64,000 nucleotides of DNA, from assembly GCA_963815865.1 (NCBI GenBank), contig CAWFIK010000006.1, forward strand, positions 284,854 through 348,853, given 5' to 3'. The number at the start of each line of letters is the position of its first letter. Within the stretch, counting starts at the first letter, position 1. This stretch comes from an uncultured Acidobacteriota bacterium. GTDB lineage: Bacteria; Acidobacteriota; Thermoanaerobaculia; UBA5066; Gp7-AA6. A model generated the notes under the pieces. It ran no database searches. It had not been told where the DNA came from and was given only the letters and a program-made list of their open reading frames with translations. Shown piece by piece: positions 42,323 to 50,538 of the stretch. Position numbers and translations under genes: made by a program.

Positions 42323-42349
42323 CGCCGGGGGGCGGGGCGGTTTTTCGCG

Positions 42350-42355
42350 TAGAAT
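42350..42355 (+). promoter_or_regulatory. -10-like TAGAAT, 7 nt before TTG 42363 and 10 nt before ATG 42366
   Basis: Read directly as cgcgTAGAATcaagcgtTTGATG. Confidence 0.4.
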
Positions 42356-42362
42356 CAAGCGT

Positions 42363-42833
42363 TTGATGAGCGCGACCGCCGGGGTGTCCGCACGGATTGC
42401 CCCCGATCTTCTGGAGAGACTGCGGGGGAGGCTGTCCGCTTCCCCGGCCCTCGCCTGGCTCGAGGCAAGCCTCGAGGAGCTGGAGCTCGACCGGGCGATC
42501 CTCCACCTTCCGTACCGCGAGCAGATCACCAACGGATCGGGGACGGTGCACGGGGGGATCCTGGCCACGCTGGCCGACACCGCCGTCGCGTTCGCCCTGG
42601 CCACGAACTTCGACGGCAAGATGGGCTTCGCGACCTCCGACCTGACAATTCATTTCCTGCGGCGCGCCCGCGGAGACGTCTGGGCCCGCGCCCGGATCGT
42701 CAAGAAGGGGCGCCGCGTCAACGTCGGCGAGGTGGAGATCGTGGACGCGGACAACCGCGAGGTCGCCCGAGTCCTCACGAGCTTCCTCCTGACGACGTCT
42801 TCATTCGATTACGCACCGGAAAGGACCCCATGA
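42363..42833 (+). CDS. PaaI family hotdog thioesterase
   Basis: Contains NGSGTVHGGILATLADTAVAFAL. Confidence 0.85.
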   Translation: MMSATAGVSARIAPDLLERLRGRLSASPALAWLEASLEELELDRAILHLPYREQITNGSGTVHGGILATLADTAVAFALATNFDGKMGFATSDLTIHFLRRARGDVWARARIVKKGRRVNVGEVEIVDADNREVARVLTSFLLTTSSFDYAPERTP

Positions 42834-43786
42834 CAGACGAACCCGTTTCGTTCTCCGCTCCCGAGGAAGGGGGCAAGAAATCGCGCCGGCGCCGCGGCGG
42901 CGCCCGCCACCGCAAGACGCATCCGGGGACCAAGGAGAAGGAGCGGCCCTCGCTCGAGCCGTCGCCCGCCCCGGTCGTGATGCTCGCCACGCCGCCGCCC
43001 GCGACGGCGGCGGCCGTGTCCGTGAGTCCGGGCCCGCCCCTGCGGGCCTCCGGGGAGCAGCGGCTCGGCCTCTTCATCGACTTCGAGAACATCGCGCTGG
43101 GCGCGCGCGACGCGCAGTACAAGAAGTTCGACATCAACCTCGTCCTGCAGCGGCTGATCGAGAAGGGGAGGATCGTCTTCAAGAAGGCGTACGCGGACTG
43201 GACCCGCTACTCCGAGTACAAGCGGGAGTTCCACGAGGCCGCGATCGAGCTGATCGACATCCCTCAGCGAGCCTATTCGGGCAAGAACTCCGCCGACATC
43301 CGCATGGTCGTGGACGCGATGGATCTCGCCAACTCCAAGGGGCACATCACGACCTTCGTGATCTGCTCGGGAGACTCGGACTTTTCCCCGCTCGTGTCGA
43401 AACTGAAGGAGAACGACAAGAGCGTCATCGGCGTGGGAGTGAAGAACTCCACGTCCGACCTGCTGATCTCCAACTGCGACGAGTTCATCTTCTACGAGGA
43501 CCTCGTGCGGGAGACGCGGGCGCTTCCGTCGATCGAGAACCTGCCGGAAAAGAAGCGGGAGCTCTTCCGCCTGATGCTCGACTCGCTCCAGGCGCTCGTC
43601 CGGGAGAACTACGACGTGATCTGGGGCTCGATGATCAAGCAGACGATGCAGCGCAAGCAGCCCTACTTCAACGAGTCGTACTACGGCTACAAGTCCTTCT
43701 CGGAGCTCCTCGAGGACGCCCAGCGCCTCGGCCTCCTCTCGATGAAGAAGGACGTCAAGAGCGGCGGCTACATCATCAGCCCCTGA
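42830..43786 (+). CDS. NYN (LabA-like) domain protein with C-terminal OST-HTH/LOTUS domain
   Basis: NYN core: LFIDFENI ... NSADIRMVVDAMD ... ICSGDSDFSPLVSKLKE. The C-terminal helical domain is LOTUS-like. It has an ATGA overlap with the thioesterase. Confidence 0.8.
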   Translation: MTDEPVSFSAPEEGGKKSRRRRGGARHRKTHPGTKEKERPSLEPSPAPVVMLATPPPATAAAVSVSPGPPLRASGEQRLGLFIDFENIALGARDAQYKKFDINLVLQRLIEKGRIVFKKAYADWTRYSEYKREFHEAAIELIDIPQRAYSGKNSADIRMVVDAMDLANSKGHITTFVICSGDSDFSPLVSKLKENDKSVIGVGVKNSTSDLLISNCDEFIFYEDLVRETRALPSIENLPEKKRELFRLMLDSLQALVRENYDVIWGSMIKQTMQRKQPYFNESYYGYKSFSELLEDAQRLGLLSMKKDVKSGGYIISP

Positions 43787-43791
43787 TCCGT

Positions 43792-43862
43792 GGGCCGGGA
43801 CCCGGGACGCGGGACTCGAACGATGGCCCCCGAGTCCCGAGTTCCCAGTCCCGAGTCCCGAG
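43792..43862. repeat. heptad-repeat hairpin element, GGGACNC/GAGTCCC type (between convergent genes)
   Basis: CGGGACTCG (43810-43818) pairs perfectly with CGAGTCCCG (43831-43839). The core is the same as in the 6906-6980 element. Confidence 0.75.
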
Positions 43863-43868
43863 CGTCAG

Positions 43869-44930
43869 CTAGACTTCGCCGAAGAAGAAGCGGTCGAGAA
43901 CCGAGAGGCGCGCGCTGCGGTCGAAGTCCGGCTCCATCAGCCAGAGCGCGGCATAGATCGAGGACGCGAGCGAATTGCCGTCCTGCGGCGTGAAGCAGAA
44001 GCCGACGAGCTCGCGGTCGCCGCTCATCGCCACCGTGGGAACGGCGACGACGGCCTGCGACAGGATCCGGCCGTAATAGCCGTGGTCCCTTCCGAACGAG
44101 AAGATCTGGTTGGACGAGCGCTTCTCCGTCAGAGCGATGCGCTTGTTGGCGCGCAGCCGGTCGAGGACCTCCTGGCGCGACATCGGCCGCGTGAACTCCA
44201 GGTCGAACCAGAGCGTGTGCATGTACTGCGTGTTGAGCTTCACGGCGGAGGAGAAGATCCGCGGCTTCCAGCCGATCGTCGCGAGCAGGGCCGCGGCGTC
44301 GCGCGCGTGGTGCGTGCCGAACTCCTTGTCGTCGTGCTTGCCTACGGACGGAGCGGGGGAGAACCCGGAGTCCTGCGAGATGTCGTTGGCCCGGCGCATG
44401 CACACGAACCGTCCGCGCTCGAGCAGCCCGCCCCCACCTGACCCGTCGTCCCCCAGCGTCCGGATGAGCGCGGCGATGTTGTGTGTGTTGCAGGAGACGA
44501 TCTGGAGGAACCGGTCCTCCCCCGGGATCAGCGCTTCGTCGTTGATCCCCATGGCGTACATCTTCCCGAAGCCGAACTCGCTCCCCTGGGCGAGGAAGCC
44601 CTGCGGGCCCGAGAGGGTCTCGTACAGCTTCTTGTTCTCGTTGCCGGCCGGCGTGCAGTCGATGATGACCGTGGCGCGCTCGAGGGCCTCGACCGTCTCG
44701 TACGACACCGTATGCCCGAGGGCCTCAAAGTCGGCGACCTTGTCCGGGTCCACGGCGAGTTTCGCGCCGCGCTGGAGGAGGTGATTGACCTTCGCCCGCT
44801 CGGTCGTCATCGGCGTGCGTTTGTGGAACGTGATCTCGTCGATGCCGAGGTGCTTCTTGAAGTCGGCGAACAGGCCGATCAGCGGCTCGCCGATCGTTCC
44901 GGTCCCGACGACGTGTAGGATCTTCTTCAT
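43869..44930 (-). CDS. type II (archaeal-type) glyceraldehyde-3-phosphate dehydrogenase-like oxidoreductase
   Basis: It has a Rossmann N-terminus (VVGTGTIGEP), an active-site-like VSCNTHN (compare SCNTT), and HH..D and YMH motifs. Trimmed to the MKKILHV start. Confidence 0.6.
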   Translation of the reverse strand: MKKILHVVGTGTIGEPLIGLFADFKKHLGIDEITFHKRTPMTTERAKVNHLLQRGAKLAVDPDKVADFEALGHTVSYETVEALERATVIIDCTPAGNENKKLYETLSGPQGFLAQGSEFGFGKMYAMGINDEALIPGEDRFLQIVSCNTHNIAALIRTLGDDGSGGGGLLERGRFVCMRRANDISQDSGFSPAPSVGKHDDKEFGTHHARDAAALLATIGWKPRIFSSAVKLNTQYMHTLWFDLEFTRPMSRQEVLDRLRANKRIALTEKRSSNQIFSFGRDHGYYGRILSQAVVAVPTVAMSGDRELVGFCFTPQDGNSLASSIYAALWLMEPDFDRSARLSVLDRFFFGEV

Positions 44931-45034
44931 GCTGGCACCTTTCCCCAGTCCGGCTCTCGTGGAAGCGCGCAAGAGAATACGATGAGAGCGGAGTTTATCC
45001 AATCGCACGCGCCGCGACTTCCAGCCTGACGCCC

Positions 45035-45649
45035 GTGATGTTCGCCGGACCCGCCGGGCGCCTCGAGGGCCTCTGGAAGGAGCCCGTCGGCCCGCGCCTG
45101 GGCAGCGCCGTCTTCGCCCATCCGCATCCCCTCCACGGCGGAACGTTGCACAACAAGGTCGTCTTCCGCGCGGCGAAGGCCCTGACGGCCGCCGGATATG
45201 GAACGCTCCGTTTCAACTTCCGCGGCGTGGGGCTCTCGGAGGGGCGAGGCAGCGCCGGGCGAGGGGAGGTTGAAGACTTCCGCGCCGCCCTGGACGAGGC
45301 GGAGCGGCTCGGCGGCCTTCCGATCGTGGCGGGCGGGTTCTCCTTCGGCGCCTCGGCCGCCCTGCGCGCGATCGCGGGGGACGCTCGCGTCGTGGCGCTC
45401 ATTGCGGCCGGGCTGCCGGTCGCGACGGGATCCGGAGCGAATCTCGCGAGACCGCGGGTTCCCGCGCTCTTCCTCACGGGGGAGAGAGACACGTTCGGCC
45501 CGCCCGCTCTTCTCGCTGACCTTGCCGGAGAGGCAACGGAGGTCGTCGTCGTGCCGGGGGCCGATCACTTCTTCGAAGGGAAGCTCGATCAAGTGGCGCG
45601 CGCGACAACGCGTTTTCTCGCGGCGCTTCCGGCGGCCGTGCCGTCATGA
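45035..45649 (+). CDS. alpha/beta hydrolase (COG2945-like)
   Basis: Contains HPHPLHGGTLHNKVV and a GFSFG nucleophile elbow. Confidence 0.75.
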   Translation: MMFAGPAGRLEGLWKEPVGPRLGSAVFAHPHPLHGGTLHNKVVFRAAKALTAAGYGTLRFNFRGVGLSEGRGSAGRGEVEDFRAALDEAERLGGLPIVAGGFSFGASAALRAIAGDARVVALIAAGLPVATGSGANLARPRVPALFLTGERDTFGPPALLADLAGEATEVVVVPGADHFFEGKLDQVARATTRFLAALPAAVPS

Positions 45650-46215
45650 CCTTCGCTCTTCTCTCGGAGACCGCGCGGCGCGACCTCCTCTCCCTCGCCC
45701 GCCGCGCGCTCGAGGCCCGGTTCCGCGGCGAGCCGCCGCCCCGGCTCGGCTCGGACCGGGCGGAGGCGTTCGGGCAGGTCCGCGCGCTCTTCGTGACGCT
45801 GCGGCGCAGCGGTGAGCTGCGCGGCTGCATCGGGACCCTCTCACCGGAAGGGGACCTCTCCAGGATGGTGCCGCGCTTCGCTCTCCGGGCCGCGTTCGAG
45901 GACCCGCGCTTCCCGCCGCTCACGGCGGAAGAACTCGACGAATGCGAGATCGAGATCTCCGTCCTGACTCCTCCGCAGCCGGTGGAAGACCCGGAGGCGA
46001 TCGAGGTCGGGCGGGACGGGCTGATCGTCGAGGCCAGGGGACAGAGCGGCTTGCTCCTGCCGCAGGTCGCGACGGAGTGGGGCTTTACCCGGGAGCGGTT
46101 TCTCGCGGAAGTCTGCAGGAAGGCCGGCCTTTCTCCCGGGGCATGGCGCGAGCCGGGTGCCCGGCTCTGGAGCTTTCAGGCGGAAGTCTTCGCGGAAGGA
46201 CCGGAGGCTGAATGA
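45646..46215 (+). CDS. AMMECR1 domain protein (AmmeMemoRadiSam system protein A family)
   Basis: Contains LFVTLRRSGELRGCIGT and LLPQVA. Confidence 0.85.
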   Translation: MTFALLSETARRDLLSLARRALEARFRGEPPPRLGSDRAEAFGQVRALFVTLRRSGELRGCIGTLSPEGDLSRMVPRFALRAAFEDPRFPPLTAEELDECEIEISVLTPPQPVEDPEAIEVGRDGLIVEARGQSGLLLPQVATEWGFTRERFLAEVCRKAGLSPGAWREPGARLWSFQAEVFAEGPEAE

Positions 46216-46274
46216 CGCGCGGCATCGGAAATCGTCAGAAGAAGATCGTCGCGCCGAAGAAGGTCTGGATAAGG

Positions 46275-46318
46275 CCCTCGTTCTCCCTCTCCTCCCGGGA
46301 GAGGGCCGGGGTGAGGGG
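46275..46318. terminator. hairpin between convergent genes (C-rich and G-rich heptad-like arms)
   Basis: CCCTCTCC (46285-46292) pairs perfectly with GGAGAGGG (46298-46305), leaving a 5-nt loop. The flanks are partly complementary. There is no U-tract. Confidence 0.45.
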
Positions 46319-46374
46319 TCGGAAGAAGACGAAGACCGAATCGAAAGCCCCGCCCGGCCCCGGCAATTCCCCTC

Positions 46375-47148
46375 CTACGGAAGAGGAGACCTGAGCGCCG
46401 CCGAGTAGAGGAGCAGCGCCGCCGCCACGGCGGCGTTCAAGGAATCGACCGGCGGGCGCATCGGAATCGTGTAGCGCCGATCGAGATAGCGGTACGCCCC
46501 GGCGGGAAGGCCCGCTCCCTCCGAGCCGATGACGAGGACGCTGGAAGCGGGCAGCGGCGCCTCGAAGGGGTTCTCTCCCCCGGACGCGACGGCCCCGCAG
46601 ACGATTCGATCCGCCTGCTTCGCGTCGGCCGCGAACGGCTCGAAGGAGACCCGGCCCGACACGGGGATCCGAAGCACGCTGCCCGCGCTCGCCCGCACGG
46701 CACGCGGATGGAAGAAGTCCGCCGTGCCGGGAGCCGCCACGATCCCAGAGCAGCCCGCCGCCTCGCCCACTCGGACGATCGCACCGAGGTTGCCGGGGTC
46801 CTGGATGCCGAAGGCGAAGACGGCCGGCCCGGGGCGCCCAAGGATCTCGGCGACCGGAACGTCGCGGCGCCGGGCGACGGCGAGCAGGTGCTGGGGCGAC
46901 TTCGAGTCGGCCAGCCTCTCCAGGACCGCTCGGGAGACAATCCGGGGCCGGGCGGCGGTGGCGGCGGAGAGCCTTCCCGCGCGGACGCTCGCGTCATGGA
47001 AGACGTGCTCGAGAGGGAGCCCCGCGGCCACGGCTTCGAGGATCGCCTTCTCTCCCTCCAGGAGGAAGTGGGTCCGCTCCTCGAGGCTGCGGCTCACTTC
47101 CCGGATGAGCGGATTCGAGGGAGATTCGATGGCCGCCACGGTGAGCAT
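46375..47148 (-). CDS. TrmH/SpoU family RNA 2'-O-methyltransferase
   Basis: Trimmed to the MLTVAAIESPSNPLIRE start. SpoU motifs present are GIQDPGNLGAIVR, LVIGSEGAGL and ESLNAAVAAALLLY. Confidence 0.85.
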   Translation of the reverse strand: MLTVAAIESPSNPLIREVSRSLEERTHFLLEGEKAILEAVAAGLPLEHVFHDASVRAGRLSAATAARPRIVSRAVLERLADSKSPQHLLAVARRRDVPVAEILGRPGPAVFAFGIQDPGNLGAIVRVGEAAGCSGIVAAPGTADFFHPRAVRASAGSVLRIPVSGRVSFEPFAADAKQADRIVCGAVASGGENPFEAPLPASSVLVIGSEGAGLPAGAYRYLDRRYTIPMRPPVDSLNAAVAAALLLYSAALRSPLP

Positions 47149-47150
47149 GC

Positions 47151-47156
47151 TATAAC
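47151..47156 (+). promoter_or_regulatory. -10-like TATAAC, 8 nt upstream of ATG 47165
   Basis: The divergent spacer between start codons is only 16 bp, so the signal is weak. Confidence 0.25.
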
Positions 47157-47164
47157 CGGCTCGG

Positions 47165-48361
47165 ATGAAATCGCTTCGCGGCAGGCTCGACCTGAGCGCG
47201 ACTCCGCCGGAGGCGATCTCCGCCTCACCCTTCTCGGCCCTCTGGACCTTCCCGGCGATGATCGTCTCCGCGTTCCTCGTCGCCTGGGGCGCGGAGGCCG
47301 CGGAGTTCCTCGTCTCGCAGGGGCTTGCCCTCGCGGTCCTCGCGCTCGTCCAGACGTTTCCGGAATTCGCCGTCGAAGCCGTGATCGCATGGAAAGCGGG
47401 AAAGAACCCGCCGATGGTCCACCTCGCGATCGCGAACTTCACCGGAAGCCTGCGCCTGCTGACCGGCCTGGGGTGGCCGATGATCTACGGCGTGGCGGCC
47501 TTCTACTCGGTCCGCAAATACAAGCGCCGCCTCGGCTCCATCCGGCTCCACGACGAGCACTCCGTCGAGGTGCTCGGCCTCCTCCCGCCCCTTCTCTATT
47601 TCGTCCTGATCTGGGCGAAGGGGAACCTGTCGCTCGTCGATTCCGTGATCCTCGCCGCGACCTACGTGACGTATCTCTGGATCCTGCTCCGTCTCCCGCC
47701 CAGAGCCGAACCGGAAGAGCAGGACGAGCAGGTGCCCGCGGTCTCCCGGTGGGCCCTTTCCTACACGGGCGCGAAACGGTGGGCCGCGGTCGGGGCGCTC
47801 CTCTTCGGGGGCGGCGCGATCATCTTCTTTGTGGCGGAGCCGTTCCTGAACTCGATGCTGGCCCTGGCCGTCAGCTTCGGCCTGTCGCAGTTCGTCTTCA
47901 TCCAGTGGGTCGCGCCGTTTCTCTCGGAGTTCCCGGAGAAGACATCCGCGTTCGCCTGGGCCCGGCGGGTCACGCGCGCCCCCGTCGCCCTGATGAACAT
48001 GGCGTCCTCCAACATCAACCAGTGGGGGATCCTCTCGGGGCTGCTCGCCGTGATCTATTGCTGGAGCCACGGGTCCACGGAGCCTCTCCCGTTCGACGCG
48101 TTCCAGCGGCAGGAAATCCTGCTGACGATCCTGCAGGCCTTCCTCGGCTGGCTCTTTCTCGCGTCGATGGATCTGGAGGCGTACGAGGCGGCGGGACTGT
48201 TCGGCCTCTGGCTGTTCCAGTTCCTGGTCCCCTCCTCGCGCCACGCGATGTTGTACGTTTACGGGGCATGGATCGCGATCGAGTTGATTCTGGTCGTCGC
48301 GGGCAGAAAGAGTCTCAAGGCGTTTCCCGCGTTCGCCCGCGTGTGGAGGAAGCACCTGTGA
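47165..48361 (+). CDS. CaCA-like cation antiporter membrane protein (sodium/calcium exchanger family-like)
   Basis: Intact 398 aa and polytopic. It has two alpha-repeat-like segments (TFPEF..., SEFPEK...). Confidence 0.55.
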   Translation: MKSLRGRLDLSATPPEAISASPFSALWTFPAMIVSAFLVAWGAEAAEFLVSQGLALAVLALVQTFPEFAVEAVIAWKAGKNPPMVHLAIANFTGSLRLLTGLGWPMIYGVAAFYSVRKYKRRLGSIRLHDEHSVEVLGLLPPLLYFVLIWAKGNLSLVDSVILAATYVTYLWILLRLPPRAEPEEQDEQVPAVSRWALSYTGAKRWAAVGALLFGGGAIIFFVAEPFLNSMLALAVSFGLSQFVFIQWVAPFLSEFPEKTSAFAWARRVTRAPVALMNMASSNINQWGILSGLLAVIYCWSHGSTEPLPFDAFQRQEILLTILQAFLGWLFLASMDLEAYEAAGLFGLWLFQFLVPSSRHAMLYVYGAWIAIELILVVAGRKSLKAFPAFARVWRKHL

Positions 48362-49592
48362 AGCCTCCGAGGCTGTCCGGGAGGGTCGCGAACCTGGCGC
48401 CGTCGCCGACCGCGGCCGTCGCGAGGAGCGCGCAGGCCCTGGCCGCCAGCGGAGTGGACGTCGTGGACTTCGGCCTCGGGGAGCCCGACTTCCCGACGCC
48501 GGATTTCGTGGCCCGGGCCGGAATCGCCGCGATCGAGGCGGGCCGGACGAAGTACACGGATTCCGCCGGCGACGCCGGGCTCCGGGATGCCATCGCGGAA
48601 AAGTACCGGCGGGAACAGGGAGCGTCGTGCGCGCGCGAGAACGTCCTCGTGACGGCGGGAGCGAAGCAGGCGGTCTTCAACGCGTGCCAGGCCCTCTTCG
48701 AGGAGGGGGACGCCGTCGCGATGTTCGTTCCGTACTGGGTCTCCTTTCCCGAAATCGTGCGCCTTTGCGGCGCCCGGCCGGTCTTCGTGCCGACGGACCT
48801 CCGTTCGGGATGGAAGCCGACGGCCGCGGCGCTGGAGCGCGCCGCGACAAAGGAGACCCGCGGAGTGATCCTGAACTCTCCCTGCAACCCGAGCGGCGCG
48901 GTCGTGGACCCGGAAGAGCTCGCGCGAATCCTCGACTGGTGCGCCTCCCGCGACGCCGTGCTCCTCTTCGACGAGACCTACGACCATTTCCTCTACGGCG
49001 GAAAGGAGCACGTCTCGGCGGCTTCGCTCTGGAAGGAGCATCAGGACCGCCTCGTCGTGACCGGCGCCGCGTCGAAGACGTACGCGATGACGGGGTGGCG
49101 GCTGGGGTGGGCCCTGGCCCGAAAGGGCCTCGTCTCCTCGATGGCCTCCTACCAGAGCCACTCCACGTCCAACGCCTCCTCGATCTCGCAGGAGGCCGCC
49201 CGGGCCGCGCTCGTCCGATCTCGAGCGCTCCGACGATCTCGGTCTCGGACATGCTCGCGCACTACGCCCGGCGGCGCGAGATCATGATGAAGAGACTCTC
49301 GGCCCTCCCGGGAGTGGAGTGCGTCGCTCCGGAGGGGGCCTTCTACGTGTTCCCGCGCGTCGAAGCCCTCTACCGGCGCAAAGGCGTCGGCGGCTCCGTC
49401 GAGTTCTGCCGCCGGCTCCTGGACGAAGCGCACGTCGCCGCAGTGCCGGGCGAAGCCTTCGGGGTCGATTCCTGCGTCCGTTTCTCTTTCGCCACATCCC
49501 AGGAGCGGATCGAAGAGGGATTGAGCCGCTTCGAGGCGTGGCTTCGCGACGAGCCGGCCGCAACTAGATCAGCGGCTGCTCGTCCAGCGTGA
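48358..49592 (+). CDS. class I/II PLP-dependent aminotransferase (aspartate aminotransferase-like; one frameshift near 49215)
   Basis: A GTG at 48358 overlaps the upstream stop. Contains NSPCNPSG and the PLP-Lys motif ASKTYAMTGWRLG. Confidence 0.85.
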
Positions 49593-50538
49593 GCGGAGGG
49601 GGAGAAAGAAGCTCCGTCGGCGCAATCACCGAGGGCGCGGGCGGGGCGAGAGTCGGCTGGACGCGATCGTACAGCGCCAGGTAGGAGCCCCACGCGGCGA
49701 TCCGAACCACGGGCCGGATCGCCAGGACCGCGACCTGGAGCAGGATGTGCAGCGCGATCGCCCCCGCGGAAACCGCCGGGGCGCTCCATTCGACGCCGAT
49801 CCCGAGGAGCAGGAGAGCGCCCCCGAAGAGGAGCCAGAAGAAGAAGATTCCGAGCGCCCGCATCCAGCGTCCCGCCAGGATCCGGCGGCCGTAGCCGTAG
49901 GCCCTCCACGCGCCGATCGCGTGCTCGGAGCGGCGCGCGGCCCTGGCGAAGTCGTGGAGCAGGGAGAAGATCGCGTAGATCAGGAGTGCCCCCAGCACAA
50001 CCACGAGCCGGAAGAGAAACGTCGAGGGAGCGCCCGGCGGCAGAGGCTCGAGGACTTTCCCATAGATCGCGTGGGTCGCGGCAAACCAGGCGCCGATCGC
50101 GCTTCCGGCAAGAGGCAGGAAGATCAGGAAGCACTTCACGTTGTGCCAGGCGTTCCTTCTCACTCCCGCGACGAAGTCGGGCAAGGTCACGGGGACGCCC
50201 CTTCCCAGGGCCGAGACGATCCCTCCCGCGAACAGGATCTGCTGGAAGAGCGCGATGAGAATGGCCCAGTTCGCCGCGCTGCGCGCTCCGGCGACGGCGG
50301 CGCTCTTCTCGCGGAGGAAATCGAAGACGTCCGTCGGAGCGAACAACGGATCGTTCTTCAGGATGTGATCTCCGGCGAGCGTTGCGGCGAAGGAGTCTCG
50401 AAGGGAGGGGAGAAGGGGGGCGGCCGCAAGGAGGGAAAGAACGACGGTGACCGCCGTCAGCAGCAGGACCAGGCCCTTCGCACCGCCGAGCGCCGAGAAG
50501 CCCGCTCCGATGCTGCTGCGGCGTTCCATCGCGCTCAT
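49564..50538 (-). CDS. integral membrane hypothetical protein (324 aa)
   Basis: It starts MSAMERRSS and has about 7 hydrophobic helices. Its start overlaps the stop of the M1 peptidase gene. Confidence 0.6.
   Translation of the reverse strand: MSAMERRSSIGAGFSALGGAKGLVLLLTAVTVVLSLLAAAPLLPSLRDSFAATLAGDHILKNDPLFAPTDVFDFLREKSAAVAGARSAANWAILIALFQQILFAGGIVSALGRGVPVTLPDFVAGVRRNAWHNVKCFLIFLPLAGSAIGAWFAATHAIYGKVLEPLPPGAPSTFLFRLVVVLGALLIYAIFSLLHDFARAARRSEHAIGAWRAYGYGRRILAGRWMRALGIFFFWLLFGGALLLLGIGVEWSAPAVSAGAIALHILLQVAVLAIRPVVRIAAWGSYLALYDRVQPTLAPPAPSVIAPTELLSPPPLTLDEQPLI

Noticed and set aside
42322-42349. A possible intrinsic terminator after the zinc-ribbon gene (GC-rich run followed by TTTTT: gcgccggggggcggggcggttttt).
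   Set aside because: I could only find a 4-bp stem (CGCC/GGCG). The segment is mostly a G-run with no complementary C-run, so the evidence for a terminator hairpin is too weak.
46212-46394. A 60-aa basic ORF (MTRGIGNRQKKIVAPKK...) in the spacer between the AMMECR1 gene and the convergent trmH-like gene.
   Set aside because: It spans a hairpin and low-complexity region between convergent genes, overlaps the trmH-like stop, has no Shine-Dalgarno sequence, and its composition is dictated by purine-rich repeats. It is most likely non-coding.
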